Of a stretch of 64,000 nucleotides of DNA, positions 31,447 through 41,630 are shown piece by piece (the first letter of the stretch is position 1; each line of letters opens with the position of its first letter). The notes below the pieces were generated by a model, which was not told the DNA's origin, made no database searches, and saw only the letters and a program-made list of their open reading frames with translations. The position numbers and the translations under genes are program-made. This DNA comes from Schizochytrium sp. TIO01 (lineage: Eukaryota; Protista; Bigyra: Labyrinthulomycetes): NCBI GenBank assembly GCA_004764695.1, contig SMSO01000005.1:1240001-1304000 (forward strand). The letters are read 5' to 3'.

Positions 31447-34066
31447 TGCGCTATGATGTTAGTTCCAGGTTTGTTTGCCCTCCTGGCTAACAACAATCAC
31501 GAGATACAAAGCCTACTCGTGTTGGCTAATCACAGTGATTCTCTCTAAATCAGCAATCGAGCACCTAGCCAGAAGTTTTGCTGTTGATCTCGCTCGAAAC
31601 AAGCCTATCCACGCTTCTCTTGATTCTGTTCAAAGAAGACCTCTCAGTTTTCTAGGTAATAATCCAGTCTTCTTATGTTTAGGATTTTGCCACCGGTTTT
31701 TGGCCTCAGTCGCACACAAGGCCTAGAATTGTCTAAACGTATCACTGTGTCTGGGCAGCTCAGAGATTCGATATAGTCCTTGCTCCACACCTGGTCATAC
31801 AGTATTCTTGGAGAACACAGAAACCGAAGAGTTCTCGATGCGAACCAAAATCGCAAATTCCTCCTGCACAAGACCCTTGTCGAGGCTTCCTGTCAGCCCA
31901 GATCTCAAATTGAGCAATTCTCCTTGTGAACGGTGGAATTAAATAAACCAAGCAATTCTAATTTGATCGAATATGACGCCTCTTGTTCAGGCACGCGTTC
32001 GCTCTTCTGTGTCTTTTTATGAATTAAATTAGTTGGGAAGGTCAGCCCAGTAGACAGACTGCTTTCCTCCTCTTACGATATCGCAAGAAACCAGCGGAAG
32101 CCGAAGCCGAAGCCGAAGCTGACGCCGTAGGCACCAGCGGGACTGTTCTTTGTAAGGCTAGGTCCAGCGAGCTAATCCTAAGCTCGTCCCCGTGATCTGG
32201 CAACTGATCCAACACGCGGTTGGCGTATAGGTAGGTGTGTTTCGAGCGATAGAGTAATGGAGCGATGCGAGTGAACTAAGGAAAGAAACAAAGCAAGAAA
32301 GAGGAAAGAACGAATGAGCAAATGAACGTATGGATGAACGAAGAGGTTGAACCTCCAGAAGGTGGCCAAGAAGCCTGAAGCTCGCGCGGCGGCAGAGCCG
32401 CGACAAGATGTGGCCGAGCAGGTCGCCTCGCGCCGCTCAGCCGAGCCTCTGCGCCAGTTCTGGCGCGTCGATCCGAACTCTGCGGTTGTTGTCTGAAGTT
32501 CTGTATGTACTTTATTCGATTTTCAATTTACATGTTTTAGTTTCGGTAATTTTTAATTTCATGGATCATGTTCTATAATTCTAAAGGAGTCTCATCTCGA
32601 AAATGAAAGATAATGGATAATAACCACTAACAGTTGGCTACCAGGGGTAGAAAGAGAAAGGAATTGTCAATCAATTTCATCATTCTCTAGCTAGACAGAC
32701 AAACAAACAAACAAACAAAAATGAATAATTATATTGGGGAACCCCCGTCGTCATCAAAACCACAATTGGAGAACTTCGAAGTCTGCGTCTCGTGAGCGTC
32801 AAAACGACAGCATCAGCGGCTTCACCGATTACGGAGGCCAGAGCGACGGCGTCCCCTTCTTTTGACATGATGTGACTGACCTCTGTAGGCACGGAGTTCG
32901 TTTTCTGCCAATCACAGACGCCTTTGTTTGTTTTTGGTGTGTTTTGTGCACTTTGCATTCTTGGCGGGTTCTACGTTAAATCGCGATTCCTGAAAGAACC
33001 GCCGTTGCTGGCCGTGACAATGGAGGCAACGTTGGGGAAGATGGAGAGAGACCAGGACGATTCGCGTTTGCTTCAAATCTATTAGGTACAGGTGTTTCTT
33101 GCAAGAGTGCGTCGGTCTCACTTCCAAGAGTCAAGGGTTCTGCCTCCTCGGCAAGACTAGTTCGGAGCTGCCGTCGAAACCTGTTTTCCCAGGCACTCGA
33201 GCTAGCTAGGTCCAGCCAGACAAGCTTGCTGTAGAGATCGTCATCCAGACACCGACCTTGGGAACCTTCCCAAGACGACCTTGGCGCAAACTTGTATATA
33301 CTGCGACGCAAAATATGCTCGGTACTGGCTCTGCGTCTTGAATCCTTGTTCTCGAGCTACAGAAGGCGAGCGAAAACAACCACCCAGTTTGTTAAACCCG
33401 TTCGCAGTTAGCTAGCTAGCTAGCTTGCTTGCTTGGCTCGGCTTTACACATTTTGGACCTCTCGAGTCGCACTTGTGAATCTGCAAACGGCCTCAGCACG
33501 AAGACGCTTGCAGCCCAAGCCGTGGCCACGCAACATGGCGAGTTCTTGGGAGTCGCTCGGTTTTGTGAATTCATTGTCCAGGTATCTGTCTACCTACGAT
33601 CTACCTGCGATGTCCCTTCGATCACCGTCCGCTCCAGTGGTTCTGGCCTCATCGTGTGCATCGTCATCATCGCTCACTCGGCTGCTCTCGACTTGGTCGC
33701 AGAGTCGACGTCGCCTCTCTCCTTGTGCGCCTCTTCGAAGTCAGTTCCCCGTTTCTCGCAAGCAGGAAGCAGTCGAGCACACACGCACGCACCCACGCCC
33801 TGTGCAAGGCCGTTTCGAAGAACTGAGCGTTCGGCAGATGAGCGCCGAGTGGGTTTTATGGTGCTCATGACTCACTCACTTGCACTCGCTGTAGCTTGCT
33901 CGCTGCGAGGCCCAATCCTTGGAACAGGCTCGCTCGACACGGACGGAGCACGGCGTTGACCAGGAGGGAGGAGTCGACGAGGTTGGGTGGTGGTGTGCGT
34001 ATCTCGCTAGCTAGCCAGCGCCCATCATGATGGCAGCGCATAGAGCGGATGTGATTTGATTGGAGA

Positions 34067-34095
34067 ATGAATGAATGAATGAATGAATGAATGAA
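34067..34095. repeat. (GAAT)n microsatellite
   Basis: Seen directly. Confidence 0.9.
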
Positions 34096-34316
34096 GGAGA
34101 CCGTTGAAAGGCAGGCGTTCGAGACTCTGAAAGTCGAGATTGACCAGGAGGTGATTTGGGCAGAACTCACTCACTCACTGATTGACTCATTCAGGATACG
34201 GAAGCTCTTCGAGCTGCGTAGACCTTTCTTGAAGCGCAAGAGGCTGGTCTGCACTCACTCTTTTGGGGGGATATTGCGTCTCTCCTGGAGCTGAGTGGGT
34301 TTTCACGACAAGGGAT

Positions 34317-34363
34317 TAGCTAGCTAGCTTGAGCAGCTTGCTTGAGCAGCTTGCTTGAGCAGC
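34317..34363. repeat. (TAGC)n run plus a 13-bp tandem repeat (GCTTGAGCAGCTT, about 3 copies)
   Basis: tagctagctagcttgagcagcttgcttgagcagcttgcttgagcagct seen directly. Confidence 0.85.
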
Positions 34364-35253
34364 TCCCCGGCTCAGTGAGGACTGCGATTATGAAACCGTT
34401 CGTGCAAAATGTGCTCCCTGCATTAAAATTGGGGGCATCGGGTGATGATTCCAAAGACTGGGAAAGCGATGCTTTTGATGATGGATAGCCTTATCAACGG
34501 GGCTGCCTCAGAAGGTTCCTGTACTTTCAATCTTGTTCAGCCCAGGCAAAGAAACGAACTTTCATCATTAGATTAAAAAACTAACAATAAAAATAAACTT
34601 ATTTTAATTATTTATTTTAATTTATTTAAATAAATGAATAAAATTAAAATAAAGTCCAAGATGGTGTTCCTCCTTCAACATTTTTTGGTTTGTAATGTTG
34701 ATTTCAAGAAGCTGTGACAGCGGCTTCGTTGACGAATGTGGTTCTCACAATAGCGGGAATAGCTTTTGGGATCGAAAAAAAAAATGGAGAGTGCTACGGC
34801 CTTGCTGATGCACAACTGGTTTTTTGCCACAGTGAAGGCATTGACCGAAATGGCGTTTGCATTTAAATTTAAAAAAGAGAAAGTTTATTTATATCTTCAC
34901 AACCCATGATCAATACCAGTAAAAGTCAACATTGAGTTTAGCCAGATGCAAGGAAGGTTTCAAACAATCAAAGAAAGGTTGTCGAAATAGTCGCATGGTT
35001 TTCCTGACGAACCTCGAGCTACAATAGTGAGAACTCTTTTTGTTTTTTTTGTTAGAACTGTTGTATGAACAAGCAGTAGGTATTTCTTTCAAATAAAGGA
35101 TAAACACAGCGCTCGTGCACCAGAAACAGTGAAGATTACGATATTTCAGGTTCCGGTAAAACTTCTTCTGGAGCAAATGGTTTACCTCTCAAACTTTGGG
35201 AATGCTTGAATACTTAGAACTGCATTCCATTTCACACATTTAATTAAAAAAAA

Positions 35254-37104
35254 CTATTGTAGCGCGCAGCCTTGCTCATCATGGCTATGCAAAGATGGGT
35301 GAGAGCGAATGATGTCACGCTGAATACCAAAATAAGCAAGGCCATGAGATGAAATTGTACCATCGTCTGTTGCAAAGGGGTAGGATTCTTGAGAGTCACC
35401 TGGAGTACAACTAATGTTAGGGAACGACATGATTCCTGTCCAAAACGATCCACCCTGAGGGGCCGCGCGGATTACATAAGCCTCCACCATTCCAAGCTGA
35501 CGACGATCGACGCCCTCCGCTGGAGGGACAATATCTAAGGCCTGACGGGAAATTGAGTCTCCTGAAGATTGCATTACCATCCATGCCTTCTCAGGCTCGC
35601 TTGGCACAGGAGAATAAGAAAACGTTGATTCATCAGCAGGTTCATAAAACCCTGCAGGGAAGACGACCTGGTCGTACCTTCGCGTAAATGCATGAATAGA
35701 ATCTGAGGCAATCTCTCCATTCACGCGCTCAGCAAACTGAACTATTTTAATATTTTCGTTGTCCCAATTTCCTTCTCCAAAGTCCGGCTTAAGCTCTCGT
35801 TGAATGACGTCAATCCCTGGCATATGTTTATTTACGAGTTCTTGAACAGTGCTGAAAGACAACCAAGACTCCCAGATCGCGGTATAGGCGGTCTCTGGTG
35901 GGATTGTTGTGAGCAGATCAACACGAATATTAGTTCTTGTTGATGTTTTTGAAGTTGAACCGTGTGGAAGGTACTGAATCTTCACAGTGATGGCCATTTC
36001 GTCCAACATGACCGTGTCAGCTTGCTTCCAGCTGGTTAAATCTCGTGCACTAGTGTATAGCAACCCCATAACTTGGCCAGCTGCAGAGTCAATTCCATCG
36101 CATAATAGTCTATATGATTCCTCCGGTTGTACTTTAGCTGCGGAAGATGCTGTGTCGACGATAGTTTGAATAAAACGCTTGTACCTTTGTATTTCTACAC
36201 GGAGAAGCTCATTTTCTTTTCGCAAATGTACCTCGCCTTCGCCCCGTAACATTTGAGCTTCGAGCTGCAGATCTGCAATGCGATGCCTGTATTCTTTCCG
36301 TGCGAGCTCAAGTTCTTTGTTCCGCTCCTCTAAGCTAGCAATCTGCATCTTCCGTTTGGCGCGAAATCTCCGACAGGCGGCAGCCATTCGCTTCTTGCGT
36401 TCTTCGGATGTTTCATGTGGATTAGATCCTCCAGATTCTGAGTGGCTGCATGAGGATTCTTCTGCTGTCTGTTGCAAGGCATTTCTTGTTTTGAGACTCC
36501 GTTTGCGAGTCACTTTACCTGGTGCTGGGGTAGATCTTCCTGTCCCTACTGTTTCATCAGTGGCATCGTTATTAGCTAGATCATTCTCATGAACAGAATC
36601 GCTAGTACTACTTTCCTCAGTTATTAAATCTTGAACATCACCCTTCAGCGTTGCTGCGATCGCAGCCATATCCTCCCGGAATAGCTTTGACTCCTCGGCT
36701 GTCTTAAAAACAGAGGTTCTACTTTGAAATACGACTGACTCGCCTTCTGAGGTGGGAAACGTATTTGCTTCTGCGACTATGGTATCATGACCGTGGGGTG
36801 TCTCCATGAACTGAGAAGAAGATGCCGTATCCACATGATCTTCATATGTTCCGAGAAATCCTGGGGTGAACATTTCTACAGGCATGGTCAACACTGGCGC
36901 AAATGGGTCCTCGCCAGCCCGAACTGCTTCGCAAGGGCCGTCTGCATCTTCCACTAGCGCCTCAAGCCTTTCCAGTCCTTCAAAAGTCTCTATAGCGTCT
37001 TCGTGGTTCTCAACTTCATCATTCATGTCATCACCATAAAAATCGCTGTCCATTGTGAGGATCACCTTCTCCTCGCTTTGCTCGACAGGAAGGGAGGCGT
37101 CCAT
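35254..37104 (-). CDS. bZIP transcription factor with a non-canonical basic region and an uncharacterised C-terminal domain
   Basis: EERKKRMAAACRRFRAKRK followed by heptad leucines (LEERNKELELARKEYRHRIADLQLEAQML). Acidic N-terminus; about 280 aa of globular-looking C-terminal sequence. 616 aa. Confidence 0.85.
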   Translation of the reverse strand: MDASLPVEQSEEKVILTMDSDFYGDDMNDEVENHEDAIETFEGLERLEALVEDADGPCEAVRAGEDPFAPVLTMPVEMFTPGFLGTYEDHVDTASSSQFMETPHGHDTIVAEANTFPTSEGESVVFQSRTSVFKTAEESKLFREDMAAIAATLKGDVQDLITEESSTSDSVHENDLANNDATDETVGTGRSTPAPGKVTRKRSLKTRNALQQTAEESSCSHSESGGSNPHETSEERKKRMAAACRRFRAKRKMQIASLEERNKELELARKEYRHRIADLQLEAQMLRGEGEVHLRKENELLRVEIQRYKRFIQTIVDTASSAAKVQPEESYRLLCDGIDSAAGQVMGLLYTSARDLTSWKQADTVMLDEMAITVKIQYLPHGSTSKTSTRTNIRVDLLTTIPPETAYTAIWESWLSFSTVQELVNKHMPGIDVIQRELKPDFGEGNWDNENIKIVQFAERVNGEIASDSIHAFTRRYDQVVFPAGFYEPADESTFSYSPVPSEPEKAWMVMQSSGDSISRQALDIVPPAEGVDRRQLGMVEAYVIRAAPQGGSFWTGIMSFPNISCTPGDSQESYPFATDDGTISSHGLAYFGIQRDIIRSHPSLHSHDEQGCALQ

Positions 37105-38291
37105 CGAGGGTACTTACAATCAACACGGTGCTTTCCAAAGCGCAGGCTTCGCCTGCTTACCAGCTTCGAGTTGCTCGAGCTGACCGGGTACTTCGTCTAA
37201 ACAGCGACACAAACTTGCTAGTCTTGCTTTAAGTTGTGGCCGCTTTTGTTTCACAATCTCGCTCGTCCTCCCAAGTTGTTCGCAGGAGATTGATCGTTTT
37301 GACACGATGTGCCAAAAATGAAGTCAATTCTGCTTATAATGATAGTAGTATGTAATTGATTCCTACTTATCAGTAGCTAGAGATACGAATTCGCACTATG
37401 GCACCAACTATGATGTGCATTTGCTGTGCTCATACTTGGGTAAATAGGATAGATATATTATATATTTTGTAGGGATCATCACCACGAGTCGTACCATAGG
37501 AGCAATACAACGTGGGTGATTCTTTGGGCTTTAGTTTTTAACCAAGCTTAAAATATCATCTTAGGAGCTAGCTACCTCGTGAGTTTTATGTACTCTCTTC
37601 ATTGCGAACAACTTGACTTGAGCTTTTGTTGGAATCGATATCGATTTTTTGTGCAGACTCTCAATTCCAATTGCCTATTCTTCTAAATTCACTGTGCGTA
37701 CCTACGCTGCTCCACAAACAAATGGCTGCTGGGATTACGGTGTACGTAATCCATTCCAACCTAGAGATCGTGGCCTCGAGTTGACTCGTCTTCAACTGCA
37801 ATTCATTCACAAGGGGGCGGTGAACAAGTAAGGAACTCACACAGAACGACCCCAGTCCGTTCCTAACTTAGGTCATTTATCTGGAACACTCCCCTAAAAG
37901 AACGCGGTCTAACCCTCTCGTCAACTGGTTCCGTTGGTATCGGCACCCCCTTTCATACAACTCCATCTACAACGAGAGACCGCTCAAAGAATGTACTTAA
38001 GGCTGCACATAACAGTGTTACTGACACACGTGGTCTTGTAAAGCCGCCCTGGGCTCCTCCCTGTCGCACGCGAGGGAATAACTATTCTTCACCTTGAAGT
38101 TGTTATAAGCAATTCGTCCAATTCCATGGAGTCTCAATCGAGAGCAATCGTCAGCAGGCCTGAGGCGAGCTTCAAGCCGGGTCCCTTCATTGGCGAGAGC
38201 GCTTCTCTCCTCGTGTGCGGATGGGTCTGCTGCTATCTCTCTCTCTTGGAACTGCAGGCAGTCCATTAGAATCAAAGAAAGCACCGAAGGA

Positions 38292-38319
38292 CTGAGTGAG
38301 TGAGTGAGTGAGTGAGTGA
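38292..38319. repeat. (TGAG)n microsatellite
   Basis: Seen directly. Confidence 0.9.
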
Positions 38320-38656
38320 GCGATTGCGGAGTTCTATCTATCCTTAGGCAGGTCTTACGGGTCAAAGAACTCGAGCGCTCGCCAGTTTCGAGGTTTCTTT
38401 CTTTCTTTCTTCAAGCTCTTCGACGCCGAGGGCCGTTGCTAGAGAGTGCCTCGAGACGGTGATGAGGGTGGCCACGAGTGTCTGTTTGAGTCGATTGTCG
38501 ACTCGCAGTCAGCCATCGCCGGACTCGAGGAAAGAACGCGGGTGAAGACTTGCTTCGCAATTCGTGCACAATTAATTAATTAATTCATGAACTAATTAAT
38601 GAATGCATTATGCGCAGAATCGATAGGAACTCTTATAGTCACATACGCCTTTTTCT

Positions 38657-38657
<1 letters not shown>

Positions 38658-38712
<55 letters not shown>
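38658..38712. repeat. (TTTC)n microsatellite in the divergent bZIP / RING intergenic region
   Basis: Seen directly. Confidence 0.95.
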
Positions 38713-39375
38713 GCCTTTAATAAATAAATAAAGAAAGATTGGGACTAGTTAGGGGTTAAGATATACGTTAGGAGTGCTTGGCGATGCGCTCTTTCGTCGC
38801 AGAACTAACTGCACATTGAAGGTACTCGCTTATTGCCATTGTTTTGCGCTTGGTTGTACGTAAGTAGATCTCTCTAGAGAGATAGATAGTTGAGCGTGGC
38901 TGATCGTCACAGCTGGTCCTTCTGTGTTTACTTATCTTGAGGCGGCGAGTTTGGATCGAAGAGAATGCTGCTTTCCAGAGGAGCTTATTTCTGTGTATGT
39001 ATGTGTATATTATGATGTTTTCTTTTAAAGATTTTCTGTAATGAAAAAATAATGATCAATAAATCAATCGATCAATGAAAAGTCAATAAGCAAAAGGGGA
39101 ATCGAGAATCGCGACTGCGCGCAGCATCAGCGCCTCGATCGACGCTCGCCTCGCCGCCTCGCAGAGCAGAGAAGCCGCACACAACGGCGGAACCTAGGTT
39201 CCTGTTTCCACGCGCCAGGTAGCGCCGGAGCGAATAAAAGAAAGAGGAAAGTGGCTCTGGGCGTCGTGGTGTGTGCATCAGGGATCGTCGCTTCAAACGA
39301 GCTCGTCAAGGACTTCGAGACCTCGTGGAGAAGGATAATTAGTTGCGCCCCAAATAACGACGAAAGGTAAAGAAA

Positions 39376-39428
39376 CGAAGGACGAAGGACGAGGACGAAG
39401 ACGAAGACGAAGACGAAGACGAAGACGA
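39376..39428. repeat. (GACGAA)n repeat upstream of the Kelch-RING gene
   Basis: gacgaagacgaagacgaa... seen directly. Confidence 0.85.
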
Positions 39429-39701
39429 GAAGATCGTGTATGGAACTTCGAGGTTCTGGCGGTAGCGAGCGAGGCCGGCGATCGATAAAGCCCGTGGAAA
39501 ACTAGAAATAGGACGACGAGGTTGCAGGTTTTGAGCTCAGAAGTTTAAGATTTGGCCTCTTTGTATTATTCTGTGTGGACTTGTGAAGCTCGTTTAGAGC
39601 GCGGGGAGAGCGGTGAGGATTGTTTAAGGGACTTTGATCAATTCCTTTGTATAAAAAAAATGCGAGCGGAGACTCGTGTGCCATGTTGGCGCTCGCCGAC
39701 A

Positions 39702-41630
39702 ATGCAGCAGAATTGCTGCATAATTCTCCTAATTGTCGTCATGATTTTGGCTATGGGCTTGACTGCCAAAATGGATCCGGGCGTGAACTCTTCAGGAACG
39801 TGGGAGAGGAAATTGCATCATCCATCGACCTTAATTAACTCTGCTGCGGTATACTGTGAGGGCATTGATCTTGTGGTGGTCTTTGGAGGAGCTATGCTCG
39901 ATGCGCAGACAAACAGGTTTCTGGCAACGGCCAACATGTTTGTGATTGACGAAGACTATTCGTGGAAACTACAATCTCAAACGTCTGGAAGCATCAGCCA
40001 TCGAGTAGGCCACAGTCTGACTCTGATTGAGGACACTGAATATTACTGCGACTTTCTCGTTTATGGTTCGCAGGATAGCTCTGAATCAACTACAGCCGTG
40101 ATTGGCCGCTTATCTCTCGATCATGACAACCAAGAAAAGAAAATCTTAGTGTGGGGTAATAGCTCTACTCTTGAGGTCAACGAGCAGGAGGGCCCTGGAT
40201 TGCGCAGTCGTCACTCAATGCTTGCTGTGAATAATGATATGTACTTACTTGGAGGTTACTCTTCAAAGTCGGTGGTCCATGATACTCTGTGGCGGCTTCG
40301 GTTGAATCGGGTAGAGGAAGAGACACTTAGTGATGATGGCAAGGTAAATCCAGTGCCTGCCAGGCGTAACGGCACTTGGTCAATTATTTGGGCTGGAAGT
40401 GAGGATGGTGAAGGGCCGTCTCGTGCTTGGGATATCTCATCAGTCGTCATGAAGGACAAGTATCTTGTCTTCGCGGGAGGTGAAACATGGGACAGCTCTC
40501 ACTTACCGACCTCAAAGAGCACGATCTGGGTTTGGTCAATCGACGAGGAAAAATGGATCATGTCCGACCTTGAAGACGGCGCCTATTCATTTGCTCGTTC
40601 CAGTGCTGTTGCGGTAGCTTATGGTGATGATTTATTCATGCATGGCGGTACCCAGGTGGTAACTTATAGAGGCAGAAAAGTAGATATGCACAAAAGTAAC
40701 CTGTTACAAACCCAACCGCTGGCAGAAAATCCACAAGCCCGCTGCACATCGATTAATGCTGCTTCATCTAGTAATTCGTTCTATTGTGAACCAAGTGATG
40801 AGACTATTTCTGGCTCAGTCCCCGAGTGTCGTTCTCGTCACACTGGAGTATTACGGAAAGGCTCTCTGATTGTGTTTGGTGGTATTTCTGGACAAGAATG
40901 TCTTGGCATTAGTGTAGTTCTCTCAGATATGTGGGTATTAAATTTGTCCAGTGTTGTCAAGGGAAACTTTGTGACAGCCACAAACGACTCTGTCTCAGAT
41001 TTAGACATGACGGATATTACATCAATGTACTTTCTTTTCACAATGATGTTCATGTCGGTTGTACTTGTTGTTTCCATCGTGATGCGGCGTCGACGGGTCG
41101 GCACGTTTTCTTATATGACGACGGAGGATGCGAGTAGAAATCGTGGTGCAAGTATGTCAATGATCCGCAATCTACCTATTCTACGTTTTGCAGACACTGG
41201 ACGCGAGGATGAGTGCTGCCCCATCTGCCTTTCAGATTATGAACCAAATGACGAACTTCTGCAACTTCCTTGTGGACATATGTTCCACCCTGAATGTGGT
41301 GAAACATGGCTTGTGAAGAATGATAGCTGTCCTCTTTGTAAGCGCGCTTTAGGCACGCGTGATATTGATCTCTCTGGTCGAAAGGATGATGAGACTGATG
41401 ATGAGGATCATTCAGAAAATGATGCTCATCGTGCAATCGAACTTCGTAATCTATCTGCAGAACATAACACATCTCCATTTGCCAGTTCTGGAGGTACATC
41501 TTCAGCTTCTGTGGCACCGAGCAATGTCAGTGTTGATATGCCTGCATCATCTGGTAGCCACGAGAACTTGGAGCAGGCATCTTCATCAAGCACCAGATCT
41601 CAGCCGCATCACTCAGTATCTCTTGTATGA
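39702..41630 (+). CDS. Type I membrane RING-H2 E3 ubiquitin ligase with a Kelch beta-propeller ectodomain
   Basis: Signal peptide (CCIILLIVVMILAMGLTA); Kelch blades (VVVFGG, HRVGHSLT, RSRHSM..MYLLGG..LW, LVFAGG, LFMHGG, RSRHT..LIVFGG..DMWVLNL); one TM (YFLFTMMFMSVVLVVSIV) followed by RRRR; RING-H2 CPICL...LPCGHMFHPEC..WL....CPLC. An alternative ATG lies at 39660. Confidence 0.9.
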   Translation: MQQNCCIILLIVVMILAMGLTAKMDPGVNSSGTWERKLHHPSTLINSAAVYCEGIDLVVVFGGAMLDAQTNRFLATANMFVIDEDYSWKLQSQTSGSISHRVGHSLTLIEDTEYYCDFLVYGSQDSSESTTAVIGRLSLDHDNQEKKILVWGNSSTLEVNEQEGPGLRSRHSMLAVNNDMYLLGGYSSKSVVHDTLWRLRLNRVEEETLSDDGKVNPVPARRNGTWSIIWAGSEDGEGPSRAWDISSVVMKDKYLVFAGGETWDSSHLPTSKSTIWVWSIDEEKWIMSDLEDGAYSFARSSAVAVAYGDDLFMHGGTQVVTYRGRKVDMHKSNLLQTQPLAENPQARCTSINAASSSNSFYCEPSDETISGSVPECRSRHTGVLRKGSLIVFGGISGQECLGISVVLSDMWVLNLSSVVKGNFVTATNDSVSDLDMTDITSMYFLFTMMFMSVVLVVSIVMRRRRVGTFSYMTTEDASRNRGASMSMIRNLPILRFADTGREDECCPICLSDYEPNDELLQLPCGHMFHPECGETWLVKNDSCPLCKRALGTRDIDLSGRKDDETDDEDHSENDAHRAIELRNLSAEHNTSPFASSGGTSSASVAPSNVSVDMPASSGSHENLEQASSSSTRSQPHHSVSLV

